NCBI GenBank assembly: GCA_964574685.1
Contig: CAZNOI010000005.1
Coordinates: 69,875 to 133,874, forward strand
Direction: 5' to 3'
Origin: an uncultured Dehalococcoidia bacterium
GTDB lineage: Bacteria > Chloroflexota > Dehalococcoidia > SZUA-161
Length of the DNA: 64,000 nucleotides
Every line of letters begins with the position of its first letter. Within the stretch, counting starts at the first letter, position 1. Both the position numbers and the translations under genes were made by a program. Of this stretch, positions 18,481 through 27,488 are shown piece by piece. The notes below the pieces were generated by a model. The model made no database searches. It worked only from the letters and a program-made list of their open reading frames with translations, and was not told where the DNA came from.

Positions 18481-20195
18481 CCCGCCAACTCCGATATGGG
18501 GTCGCTCAACTCCCGTATGCTGAAGGGTCGACCACCCACCCTGGCGAAGGACCGGGTGTCAGCAGGCAGGCCGATCTGGGAACGCAGCAGGTGGTAGTAT
18601 TGCCCCGTATGGTTCATCTCGATGATCAGTAGCTTCTCTGTCGACGCGACGAAGTCCCGGATTGCCTCGGGTATCGGATGGATGAGTTCCGGAACCGCGA
18701 TCCTGACCTCATCGAGCAGGTTGAGGCTTCGTGCCGTCTCCAGGACCACCTGCGCGCTGGAGCCCCACGTTAGAATGCCCTTCCGCGATTGCGAATTGCC
18801 CAGGACCGTCACGAGGGCCTTGTCTCGAACTAGAGAGGCCAGCTTGTCCCTCCTCTTGTCGTGCATGGTCTGGTTGGTCTGCAGATCGAAGGCCGGTCGA
18901 CCCCTCTCATCGTGCGACAGCCCGGATGTGCGGTACGCGAAACCCTCGTCTCCGGCGTCGGACATCGGCGAGATGCCGTCATCCGTCAGCTTGTATCTCC
19001 TGTAATCAGCAGCGTCATCGGGGTCGGGTTTCTTCCTGGTCCATATATCAGGTTCACTTTCAAGGAAATCTACTCCGGTGGCCACGAGGGTCTGCGCCAG
19101 CCACTGGTCCGAGAGCATGATCACCACAGTCTGATAGCGTTGCGCGATGTTGATGCTCGCTGCTGTGAGCCGATAACAGCCGTCGACATCATGGGGCGCG
19201 AGCACCACCCTCACGGAATCTCCGTGGCCGCCGTAGACCGCGTGATTGAGGTCCGACTGCTCGGTGCCGGACGGAATGCCGGTTGACGGGCCGCCGCGCT
19301 GGACATCTACAATGACCATCGGTGTCTCGGAGATGGTTGCCAGCCCCATCATCTCGGTCATCAGGTCCAGCCCCGGCCCGCTGGTGGCTGTGAAGGCCCT
19401 CGCTCCGGCCATCGAGGCGCCAATCGTCATTCCTGCGGCCGCTATTTCGTCCTCGGCCTGGACGAACACGCCTTCACCTTCCAGCAGGTCTCGGTATATC
19501 TCCTTCATGATCTCCGACGCCGGGGTGATCGGGTAGCCGAAAAATGCGTTGCCTCCGACTTTGACGGCCGCCTGTGCGACGGCAGCGTTGCCGTGCAGTA
19601 TCGGCCTGGGGCTTCGCTCGGCAGGCGGCGCCAGAGACAGGTCAGGCACGACAAACTGGGACAGGAGGTGCTCACCGGCTTCGATGGCCGGCAGGCTGTG
19701 CTTGAGCAGTACCAGCTCCTCGTCCTCGTCTATCGCCTTGCTGATTTCCTCGTCCGAGAGTCCCAGCAGCTTCACGAGGAACCCCAGAGCCACGAGGTTC
19801 TTGTCCCGAGTGGTCCCGGTGACACCCCGGCTGGCGTTCGTGAAGTCGACCCGAAGTGCATTACGAGGCAGCTCACCGGGCGGCTCCGACTGGCTGTCGT
19901 GGAGCACGAGGGTGTCGGGGCCAATCAACAGATCGTCCTTGACATCGACGTACGTCTCCCAGTTGAAGCAGACGAGGATGTCCACCCAGTCTCTGGGGAA
20001 CGCCGCGGACTCCGCATCGAGGCTCAGTTTCACCGCTGAGCCTCCACCACGTATCTGAGCCCCGTAGTAGCGGGGCATCTGGCCCGAGTAGCCCTGCAGC
20101 GCCGCCAGCTTCTGCAGGAAGCTGCCCATCACGACGACCCCATCGCCGCCGGCCCCGGATAACCCTATCGTGATATTCGTTCTCATAGTCGACAC
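18477..20195 (-). CDS. 2-oxoacid:ferredoxin oxidoreductase alpha subunit (gamma-alpha fusion)
   Basis: GAGGDGV, AQIRGG, GYPITPASE, QAEDEIAA, TATSGPG and QRGGPSTG motifs. Confidence 0.93.
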   Translation of the reverse strand: MSTMRTNITIGLSGAGGDGVVVMGSFLQKLAALQGYSGQMPRYYGAQIRGGGSAVKLSLDAESAAFPRDWVDILVCFNWETYVDVKDDLLIGPDTLVLHDSQSEPPGELPRNALRVDFTNASRGVTGTTRDKNLVALGFLVKLLGLSDEEISKAIDEDEELVLLKHSLPAIEAGEHLLSQFVVPDLSLAPPAERSPRPILHGNAAVAQAAVKVGGNAFFGYPITPASEIMKEIYRDLLEGEGVFVQAEDEIAAAGMTIGASMAGARAFTATSGPGLDLMTEMMGLATISETPMVIVDVQRGGPSTGIPSGTEQSDLNHAVYGGHGDSVRVVLAPHDVDGCYRLTAASINIAQRYQTVVIMLSDQWLAQTLVATGVDFLESEPDIWTRKKPDPDDAADYRRYKLTDDGISPMSDAGDEGFAYRTSGLSHDERGRPAFDLQTNQTMHDKRRDKLASLVRDKALVTVLGNSQSRKGILTWGSSAQVVLETARSLNLLDEVRIAVPELIHPIPEAIRDFVASTEKLLIIEMNHTGQYYHLLRSQIGLPADTRSFARVGGRPFSIRELSDPISELAG

Positions 20196-22175
20196 TTACT
20201 GGTAAGCTGCGAGCTGTTTGGCCCAGTATACCTTGTCCTGGCTCTTCTGCAGGTTTTCCCTCGGGAAGTCTATGTTCTCCACGAAGTACTGATTGAAGTC
20301 CACGCGGGATGACAGCTCTATGTGCTCGATGAAGCCGGAGAGTTCGTTCGCGGTCCGCCAGTACTCCTTGGCCAGCAGCACCATGGACGCGCCCGTGCTT
20401 GCCGCGTTTCCGATCGAAGTTATGATCTCCGGATCGATCCCGCCGGGGATGAGACCGATGCGCACGGCGCTGTACGGGTTGACATAGTTGCCGAGAGCGC
20501 CCGCGAGGTACACGCGTCTTATGTCATGGGGTGTTATGCCCATTTCGTCAATCAGCGTCATGATTCCAGCGGCTATGGCGCCCTTCGCAAGCTGAAGCTC
20601 TCTGATATCCTTCTGCGTGAGTAACACGGGTCGCTGGTCGTAGGACTCATCGGGACTCGCGACCATGAAGTCATAGACCTGGTCATTGGGAATCAACCGT
20701 GGCTTGAGCCACGCGCCCTCCGTGCCTTCCGACGGGCGGAGGGTGCCTTCATAGTCGATCACGCCCAACTGCAGCAAGACCGCGATCATCTCGACAAGGC
20801 CGCTGCCGCATATTCCCTTCGGCCTGATGTTGCCGATGACGTGATAGAGCAGGGAGTTGTCCTCGAAGCTGACCGCCTCGATTGCACCGGCCCTGGCTAT
20901 CATACCGTGCGATATCCTTGCCCCCTCGAGAGCAGGCCCCGCAGCGGCCGAGCAGGTCATCAGTCTCCTTCGGTTGCCCAGGAAGACTTCTCCATTCGTG
21001 CCCAGGTCCAGCCCGAGTATGACTTCATCGTCCTGCTCCCAGACACCGGAGGCGAGTATCACACTTATCAGGTCTCCCCCTATGTAGCCGGCTTTCGTGG
21101 GCATCACGTACAGAAGACCTTCCGGATGGAGTTGCAGGTCGACGTCGGAGGCCTTCACGATCAGGCCGTCCGTAAGGACGGGCGAAAAGGGTGCCTCGGC
21201 GATGCCACTGGGGTCGAGACCCAGGAGAAGGTGCTGCATGGTCGTGTTGCCGGCGGCAACAGCTATGAAGATGTCGTCCGGCTTCAGTCCTGCGGCCCTG
21301 AGCAGGCGAGAGGTTATCTTGTTCAGGTCATTGGCAATCAGTCTGTGCATGGTGTCGAGGCCGTCTTCACGTTCCATAATGTACTGGAGGCGGCTGATCA
21401 AATTCGTGCCGTATTTGATCTGGCTGTTGAGGCCGGAGACCACGGCCTCCTCGCTTCCGTTGGAGAGATTGATGAGCTTGCCCACCACCGTGCTCGTGCC
21501 CAGGTCGAAGACGAGACCGTAGTAGCGGTCGACCTCTTCCCAGTTTTGCCAGTCCATCAGGAGGTCGCCGTGCAACACAGCGGCGCCACGGTACTGAGTC
21601 TGCCGAAGCTTCTCAGGCAGTGTGCGCAGGCTGTGGATCGAGGCCTTCAGGTCCCGATACTCGGGCACTAGGACGAGCTTGATCTTGTCGAGTTCCGATA
21701 TGCTCTCGTGTTGCAGGTAAGGCGGCAGCGTAATCAGTCTCTTCTGGACCAGTGGATCGGGATGCAGTATAGGCTGTACGCCGGTCTTGAGAATCTGGAA
21801 GTACTCTCCCTGGAAGCCGTTTTCGGCGGTGTTAATGACCAAATCCTTGTCAACCTTTGTCCGGCATGCCAGGCGGATTCCCCGCTCGAGTTCTTCGTCG
21901 TCGAGGAACTGCACTTCCTCTTCGGTCGGAGGACCTATCGAGGAAAGCACCTTTATCTTGCACTTGCCGCATTTGCCGATGCCTCCGCAGTCACCATTGA
22001 GGTCGACTTCGGTATCGTGGAGCGCTTCATAGACGGTCTCGCCCCTCCGCACCTTCAGCCAGAGGTCATCCGGCAGTACGTTCAGCCAGACATACTTCGT
22101 CCGCTGTTTGTCCGAGGCGGACGAAGCCACCGAGGGCTTTCTTCTGGCCAGCTTCTGGTTCTGCGCTCTTGTCAT
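20196..22175 (-). CDS. ATP-dependent reductive activator of corrinoid proteins (RACo/AcsV, ASKHA) with N-terminal [2Fe-2S] domain
   Basis: CGGIGKCGKC...RLAC; DLGTSTV; AGNTTMQH; DLGTNGE; AAGPALEG; GICGSG; DIRELQLAKGAI. Confidence 0.93.
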   Translation of the reverse strand: MTRAQNQKLARRKPSVASSASDKQRTKYVWLNVLPDDLWLKVRRGETVYEALHDTEVDLNGDCGGIGKCGKCKIKVLSSIGPPTEEEVQFLDDEELERGIRLACRTKVDKDLVINTAENGFQGEYFQILKTGVQPILHPDPLVQKRLITLPPYLQHESISELDKIKLVLVPEYRDLKASIHSLRTLPEKLRQTQYRGAAVLHGDLLMDWQNWEEVDRYYGLVFDLGTSTVVGKLINLSNGSEEAVVSGLNSQIKYGTNLISRLQYIMEREDGLDTMHRLIANDLNKITSRLLRAAGLKPDDIFIAVAAGNTTMQHLLLGLDPSGIAEAPFSPVLTDGLIVKASDVDLQLHPEGLLYVMPTKAGYIGGDLISVILASGVWEQDDEVILGLDLGTNGEVFLGNRRRLMTCSAAAGPALEGARISHGMIARAGAIEAVSFEDNSLLYHVIGNIRPKGICGSGLVEMIAVLLQLGVIDYEGTLRPSEGTEGAWLKPRLIPNDQVYDFMVASPDESYDQRPVLLTQKDIRELQLAKGAIAAGIMTLIDEMGITPHDIRRVYLAGALGNYVNPYSAVRIGLIPGGIDPEIITSIGNAASTGASMVLLAKEYWRTANELSGFIEHIELSSRVDFNQYFVENIDFPRENLQKSQDKVYWAKQLAAYQ

Positions 22176-22786
22176 CTCTTGCCTATGAGTTCCATGAGTT
22201 CGGTTTCGAGGTGCGAGTAGTCGGCATCCCTGATCTCCAGGGAAAGGCCGAGGAAATCCGCCAGCCGTTGTGCCTGGGCCACGAGGTCGGGATCGTCGGG
22301 TTGCCTTACGTACAGAAGCTTCTGATAGTGCTCGAAGCAGTATTTGCGCATCTCCTCATCGTGCAGTTCCAGCGGCTTCGCGCAATACGACTCGAAATTG
22401 CGGATCAGGTCCTGTTCGAGGAAGTAGGTGCCCGCCGTCTCGTCAATCAGCTTCTTGAACTCGCCGCTGCCGAGGAGCATCTCGTAACAGTGAAACCCTG
22501 ATATTTTCTTCACGTCTTGCTTGTCGCAGAACTCCGAGATATCGGGAAAACACTCGCCGTAGAGGCAGACAACCCGTTCGCCGCGCTTCTTGGCAGCCGC
22601 GACTTCCTTGGACAGGAACCGCTTGAGCTTCAACGGTTTCACATGGAGGTTGGAGGGAAGATAGGTTGTGCGTAAGTTGGCCCGGGGGTTTCTGACCAGC
22701 AGGTAGTCCAGAGCGGGCCTGAATACAGAGCAGGCAATGATACGGGTGACCCGTTCCTGGTCGTTACCCCTTGTCCTGCTAGACAT
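22172..22786 (-). CDS. DUF1638-type protein associated with corrinoid activators
   Basis: IIACSVF, LH, LYGEC, HCYEMLLG and GTYFL pattern; overlaps the RACo start. Confidence 0.75.
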   Translation of the reverse strand: MSSRTRGNDQERVTRIIACSVFRPALDYLLVRNPRANLRTTYLPSNLHVKPLKLKRFLSKEVAAAKKRGERVVCLYGECFPDISEFCDKQDVKKISGFHCYEMLLGSGEFKKLIDETAGTYFLEQDLIRNFESYCAKPLELHDEEMRKYCFEHYQKLLYVRQPDDPDLVAQAQRLADFLGLSLEIRDADYSHLETELMELIGKR

Positions 22787-24272
22787 TTCGTAGTCCCGGG
22801 AACGCCTGCTTGATTCTCCTGACGACTTCGGGGTCGATGCGCCCGTCTCTGCCGTCCAGCAGGGTCTGTTTTACGAACTGGTGAGCCCTGCTGAGCATGT
22901 CGGGCCGTCCTCTTTCCTCCCATACGTCGAAGTTGCACCGTACACTTAGTGAGGGGTAGAAGAATTCGTCGAACATGTGATCGATAGTGTGATCATGCGC
23001 CACGAAGTTGCCGCCCGGTCCCGCTTCCTCAATTACATCATACGCCAGGCTCTCCTCGTTGACCAGGATGCCCCGGAGTTCCCTCTTGACCATTCCAATC
23101 ATCTCATCGTCGATAACGAATTGCTCGTAGGATATGGAGTTGCCCGAATCCATAAGGCCGGCAGCCAGGTGAACGAGGTCAGCGCCGGCGGTCGCGACGG
23201 TCATGTTGGAGAACAGCTTCTCGAAACCTGCCTGTATGTCGGGACGCTTCGCCTCCGTCAGCCCGCCGGAAGCATAGATGGGCAGGTTGTAGAGCTTGGA
23301 GAGGCGAACGGCAGCGGCATTCATCATCGCCATCTCGACCGAGCCCATGGTGTACTCCATGGTTCTGAGGTCCATGGTCGCCGGGACAGCCCCGTAGAGC
23401 ACCTTCGCGCCGGGCGCTATGACCTGTGCTATCGCGACGCCGGCGAGGGCCTCGGCGTGCATTTGCGCGAGCGTTCCAGCGAGTGTTGCCGGCGCTGTCG
23501 CACCCGATATGGGGGCCGGAGCACAAGTAAGGGGTATGCCTCGATTGCCGAAGAAGTCGATAATCGCCAGGGCGTTGCCGTTCACGGTGAGCGGGCTGAC
23601 CACGTTGCTGATGATGGAAACAAAGGGCTTCTCGGCCAGTTCGTCCTCTCCACCCGCAACGATCTTGGCAATCTCCCAGACCAGACGGGCACCTTCGACG
23701 TCTTCACAGCCGCCCATTACATGCTTCGTGGTGTGCTGGAGCGCGCGGAAGAAGTCGTTGAGATGATAAGTGTCTACCTCCAGGTCGTGGGCCTGGCAGG
23801 CAATGATGTACATATCGAGGTTATCGAGATGGTCCACCAGTATGGCCGTGTTTGCAACATCCCTGAGCATCGTGCGCCGATATCCGCCTGTGCTCATGTC
23901 CAGGATGCGGAATACCCGGCCCCCGTTTGCGAAATGCACTATGCCTTCACCCAGGCGCACGTCATTCCTGCCGTCGCGGGAATGCAGGACGAACGTTGAG
24001 GGCGCACGGGACAGCATCTCATCCAGCCATTCCTGTGGGAAGCGGACCCTGTTGTTCGCCCGGTCCACGCGTGCGCCTGCGTCGGCAAGCCTGTCCACGT
24101 AGTGCTCGTCCGCAATCCTGACACCAACGTTCTGGAGAAGTCGGCGAGCCGTCTCGTCTATTCTCCGGAGGCCATCGGGCGCAAGAGGCTGATAGAGAGG
24201 GCAAGTGCCGTTCTCGTGCACTTCTCTAGCGGGCAGTGTCGAGGATTCCTTCAATTCCCTTGAGTACTTCAT
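22779..24272 (-). CDS. MttB-superfamily methyltransferase, non-pyrrolysine (start may lie slightly downstream)
   Basis: SPL, GATAPATLAG, GSVE and EAKRPDIQAGFEK motifs; no in-frame TAG. Confidence 0.92.
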   Translation of the reverse strand: MKYSRELKESSTLPAREVHENGTCPLYQPLAPDGLRRIDETARRLLQNVGVRIADEHYVDRLADAGARVDRANNRVRFPQEWLDEMLSRAPSTFVLHSRDGRNDVRLGEGIVHFANGGRVFRILDMSTGGYRRTMLRDVANTAILVDHLDNLDMYIIACQAHDLEVDTYHLNDFFRALQHTTKHVMGGCEDVEGARLVWEIAKIVAGGEDELAEKPFVSIISNVVSPLTVNGNALAIIDFFGNRGIPLTCAPAPISGATAPATLAGTLAQMHAEALAGVAIAQVIAPGAKVLYGAVPATMDLRTMEYTMGSVEMAMMNAAAVRLSKLYNLPIYASGGLTEAKRPDIQAGFEKLFSNMTVATAGADLVHLAAGLMDSGNSISYEQFVIDDEMIGMVKRELRGILVNEESLAYDVIEEAGPGGNFVAHDHTIDHMFDEFFYPSLSVRCNFDVWEERGRPDMLSRAHQFVKQTLLDGRDGRIDPEVVRRIKQAFPGLRNV

Positions 24273-25677
24273 TTGACTTGGGTTCTACCTCGTGTTCCGC
24301 CAGGATCCTTCTGGCCTCGGCATTGCACCGCCTGTAGAGGTCCGGTGCGCCTGCCGCTTCCCAGGCATCGTGACGGGAGCGGTCTAGCAGAGTAGGGAGG
24401 AACTGCGCCTCCATGAAATGCTCGAATGTGTGGTCATCCATCAGGAAGATCGAGCCGGGTCCACCGCCTGACACCCTTCGAATGGCGTCGAGCGCCAGCG
24501 TGTCCTCAGTAACCGGGATTCCTCCCAGGAAGAAGCGGCTCATGGCCACGAGCTCGTTGTTCATGGTCACCATCTCCAGAGAGGAAGTGTTTCCGAACTC
24601 GAGATACCCGCCATCATGGACCAGATTGCAGCGGGACAGCATGGCCGTGATGATGGAGAACATGGCCTCGGCCCCGGCCTGCGCGTCCATGGTCTTGGAG
24701 TCGGTTGCACCGGCATATGCCCATACCGGGAGGCCGTACAGCTCGTCCCGCATGTCGGCCAGAGCCGACTGGGTCAGGCTCCATTCCGGGCACCCGTACG
24801 AGACTACAGTGGTCTTCATGTCGAGGACACTCACGTTCGGTCCGAACAGGAAGGGCGATCCCTTGCCGGCGAGTTGATGGAGGGTCAATCCCGCCAGGTT
24901 CTCGGCTATGCCGAGGGCCATCGCGCCGGCGAGGGTCACCGGCGCGCCTCCGCCGGCATTCGAGCCGGACGGCAGGCACATCGGTATGCCCTTCTCTGCG
25001 CAAAACAAGAGCCTCTCCATTACGTTCTGCGGGAAGCGGAGCGGGCTGATTGCCTCGGAGTAGTTGAGCAGAAAAGGCCTGTTCCTCAGTTCGTCTTCGC
25101 CGCCCGCGACGAGACTGGCTATCTGATGTATCTTGGCAAGGTCTCTGCCGCTGTCGGCAATGAAGACGAGCGGCTTGTTCGTGTTCTTGACCATCTCCGC
25201 GAATGCGTAGACGTAGATATCGTCTATAGGCGCGTCCTCGGGATTGCTCATAGACATGGCGAAGGAGATGTTGTCCAGGCCGTCGACCAGGCGGGCGAAG
25301 TTGGCCGTATCCTTTAGCAGCGTCCGGCGGCGCTTTCCGGTCTCCAGGTCGACTGTGAACGTTGTGTCGGAACCGGTGCCGTAGTAGGGCTTGCCATCGA
25401 CCAGCGACATGGCCTTGTTGCCCGTCTGGTCGTGGAGGCCGATCTCCCTGGGTGCCGAGCCAAGGGCCTGCTCTGCCATATAGGCCGGAAGTCGGACCCA
25501 GTCGCCATTGTAGACTCTGCCTCCGGCGCCCGAAAGCATCTCGAGACCTCGCGGATGCTCCATCTTGATCCCGGTCTTCTCCAGTATCTCGAGTGCCGCA
25601 GTATGGATCGCCAGCGCCTGCTCCCGGCTCAGCACCTTGAGCCTGGGTATGAAGGTAGGTATCTCTATTGGCTTCAA
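24226..25677 (-). CDS. MttB-superfamily methyltransferase, non-pyrrolysine
   Basis: ISPL, APVTLAG, YGCPE, DSKTMDAQAGAE and HDGGYLE motifs; no in-frame TAG. Confidence 0.92.
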   Translation of the reverse strand: MKPIEIPTFIPRLKVLSREQALAIHTAALEILEKTGIKMEHPRGLEMLSGAGGRVYNGDWVRLPAYMAEQALGSAPREIGLHDQTGNKAMSLVDGKPYYGTGSDTTFTVDLETGKRRRTLLKDTANFARLVDGLDNISFAMSMSNPEDAPIDDIYVYAFAEMVKNTNKPLVFIADSGRDLAKIHQIASLVAGGEDELRNRPFLLNYSEAISPLRFPQNVMERLLFCAEKGIPMCLPSGSNAGGGAPVTLAGAMALGIAENLAGLTLHQLAGKGSPFLFGPNVSVLDMKTTVVSYGCPEWSLTQSALADMRDELYGLPVWAYAGATDSKTMDAQAGAEAMFSIITAMLSRCNLVHDGGYLEFGNTSSLEMVTMNNELVAMSRFFLGGIPVTEDTLALDAIRRVSGGGPGSIFLMDDHTFEHFMEAQFLPTLLDRSRHDAWEAAGAPDLYRRCNAEARRILAEHEVEPKSNEVLKGIEGILDTAR

Positions 25678-25705
25678 TGTTCACCCCTTTCCATGGGGCA
25701 CCGAA

Positions 25706-26344
25706 TCACGATACGCCCAACAGCTCTTTCGCTTTGGCTACGGCTCCACCAGCGTCCGAAGCATATGCGTCAGCCTTTATCTGGCGCGCATAGTCATCGG
25801 TGACAGGCGCTCCGCCAATCATCACCTTCACCTTGCTTCTGACGCCCGCGTCGGTCAGGGCCTGTAACGTCTCGGGCATCGCCGGCATGGTTGTTGACAG
25901 GAGAGCGGACATTGCTACAATGTGTGGCTCGATCTCCTGCACCTTCTGCGCGAACTTCTCCGGCGGGACGTCGACGCCCAGGTCGGTAATCGTGAAACCC
26001 GCACCCTCCAGCATCATTGAGACAAGGTTCTTGCCGATGTCGTGCAGGTCGCCCTTGACAGTGCCTATGAGCACCTTGCCCTTGGTGGTGATTCCTCTTT
26101 CCTTGAACAACGGCTCCATGAGCCTCATGCATTCCTGCATTGTCTTGGCGGAACGAAGCATCTGGGGTACGAATATCACCCCCTTCGAGAACCTCTCGCC
26201 CACTTCATCCATAGCTGCGATGAGGCTGGTGTCTATTATCTCCTGTATCGGCGTTCCGTCATCGAGCGCCTTCTGGGTCTCTGCAACAGCGGTCTTGCTG
26301 TCGCCTTTGATCACTGATTCGGTAAGTGTCGCAAGATTGGCCAT
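25706..26344 (-). CDS. cognate corrinoid protein
   Basis: GDLHDIGKNLV B12-binding motif, SALLSTTM, IGGAPVT. Confidence 0.95.
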   Translation of the reverse strand: MANLATLTESVIKGDSKTAVAETQKALDDGTPIQEIIDTSLIAAMDEVGERFSKGVIFVPQMLRSAKTMQECMRLMEPLFKERGITTKGKVLIGTVKGDLHDIGKNLVSMMLEGAGFTITDLGVDVPPEKFAQKVQEIEPHIVAMSALLSTTMPAMPETLQALTDAGVRSKVKVMIGGAPVTDDYARQIKADAYASDAGGAVAKAKELLGVS

Positions 26345-26413
26345 TTCGGACTCCTTCTCTCTTTCCGCGACGTCGAGCTGCTCCGGGTTGGCTCAAGACG
26401 CCCCGGATGCATT

Positions 26414-27211
26414 CTAACCTGACAGTCTGCCCTCCTGGTATGCATCAATGTAGTTTTCACAGAAGTCATCTCTGCCCAGGAGCATATCGATGGACAGCAT
26501 GGTTGACATGAGTTGTCTGTCGTTCGGGTCCAGGATCGCGGCCGATAGACCGTGGCACATCGCCAGGGCAAGGAAGTTGCGATTGACAAGGCGCCTCTCG
26601 GGCAGGCCGAAGGAGATGTTGGAGAGGCCGCAGATGGTATTGACTCCGGGGAAATCATCCATGATCTTCCTTATCGCCCCGAGCACGGCTGCCCCCATGT
26701 TCGTGTCCACCGAGACGGGTTGGACCAGCGGGTCGACGAATATCCTCTCGATGGGGACACCCGCGCCGGTCAGTCGGCTTATGAGTTCCGTTCCCACGGT
26801 CACGCGGTCCTCGACAGTGGTGGGCATCGATGTCTCAGCCATACAGAGCGCCACAACATGGCAAGGTTGCGACGTTACGACAGGAAAGAGAGCCTCGAAC
26901 CGGTCGCGCTCCAGAGATATAGAGTTGATCATTGGGGTGCCCTTGTGCAGTTTCATGGCCTCCGCTATCGCCGCTGGGTTCGGGCTGTCGAGGCAGAGAG
27001 GCAAGTCGATCTCCTTCTGGACAGTCTCGACGAGCCAGCACAGCTTCGCTGTCTCCTGATCGAGGAATGTACCGGCGTTGACGTCTACGAAGTCGGCGCC
27101 CGCTTCGGCCTGCTCGCGGGCCACCTTCACGATGAAGCCTGCGTCCGCCTTGGTTGCAGCCTCGTGGATGCTCTTCCGGCTGGTGTTGATCTTCTCGCCT
27201 ACTACGATCAT
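26414..27211 (-). CDS. methyltetrahydrofolate:corrinoid methyltransferase (AcsE/MtqA family)
   Basis: GEKINTSRK, DVNAG, LDS, INS, DPLV and GLSNISFGLP pterin-binding motifs. Confidence 0.93.
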   Translation of the reverse strand: MIVVGEKINTSRKSIHEAATKADAGFIVKVAREQAEAGADFVDVNAGTFLDQETAKLCWLVETVQKEIDLPLCLDSPNPAAIAEAMKLHKGTPMINSISLERDRFEALFPVVTSQPCHVVALCMAETSMPTTVEDRVTVGTELISRLTGAGVPIERIFVDPLVQPVSVDTNMGAAVLGAIRKIMDDFPGVNTICGLSNISFGLPERRLVNRNFLALAMCHGLSAAILDPNDRQLMSTMLSIDMLLGRDDFCENYIDAYQEGRLSG

Positions 27212-27256
27212 TCTCAGAGCCTCTCCAATGTATCCTCACCAATTATGTCGAGGCCA

Positions 27257-27285
27257 ATAGTAGAGCACTACCTGTACTCCGTCAA
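27257..27285 (-). promoter_or_regulatory. sigma70-like promoter of the methyltransferase operon
   Basis: TTGACG-N17-TACTAT; palindrome TTTGCTGCAAA at 27291-27301 just upstream may be an operator. Confidence 0.6.
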
Positions 27286-27425
27286 TGCCTTTTGCTGCAA
27301 AGTATGCTTTACCGCGACTTACCTAACAACCCCGCGTATGTACTACGTTTTGCTGGTACTTTCATCCCAGCGGATCGCCGGTGTCGTAGCTGAGTACCCC
27401 AAGCTGTGCCGTGTCAGTCCATAGC

Positions 27426-27434
27426 TGCTATAAT
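27426..27434 (+). promoter_or_regulatory. extended -10 promoter of hypF
   Basis: TGCTATAAT about 55 nt upstream of the hypF start. Confidence 0.5.
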
Positions 27435-27488
27435 GGAAAGGTGGAATGCTGACAGCCTGACTGCTGCCCGAACTGCAGAGGGGTACCG

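Noticed and set aside
22779-25677. Pyrrolysine read-through in the MttB genes
   Set aside because: Both ORFs are full length with no in-frame TAG.
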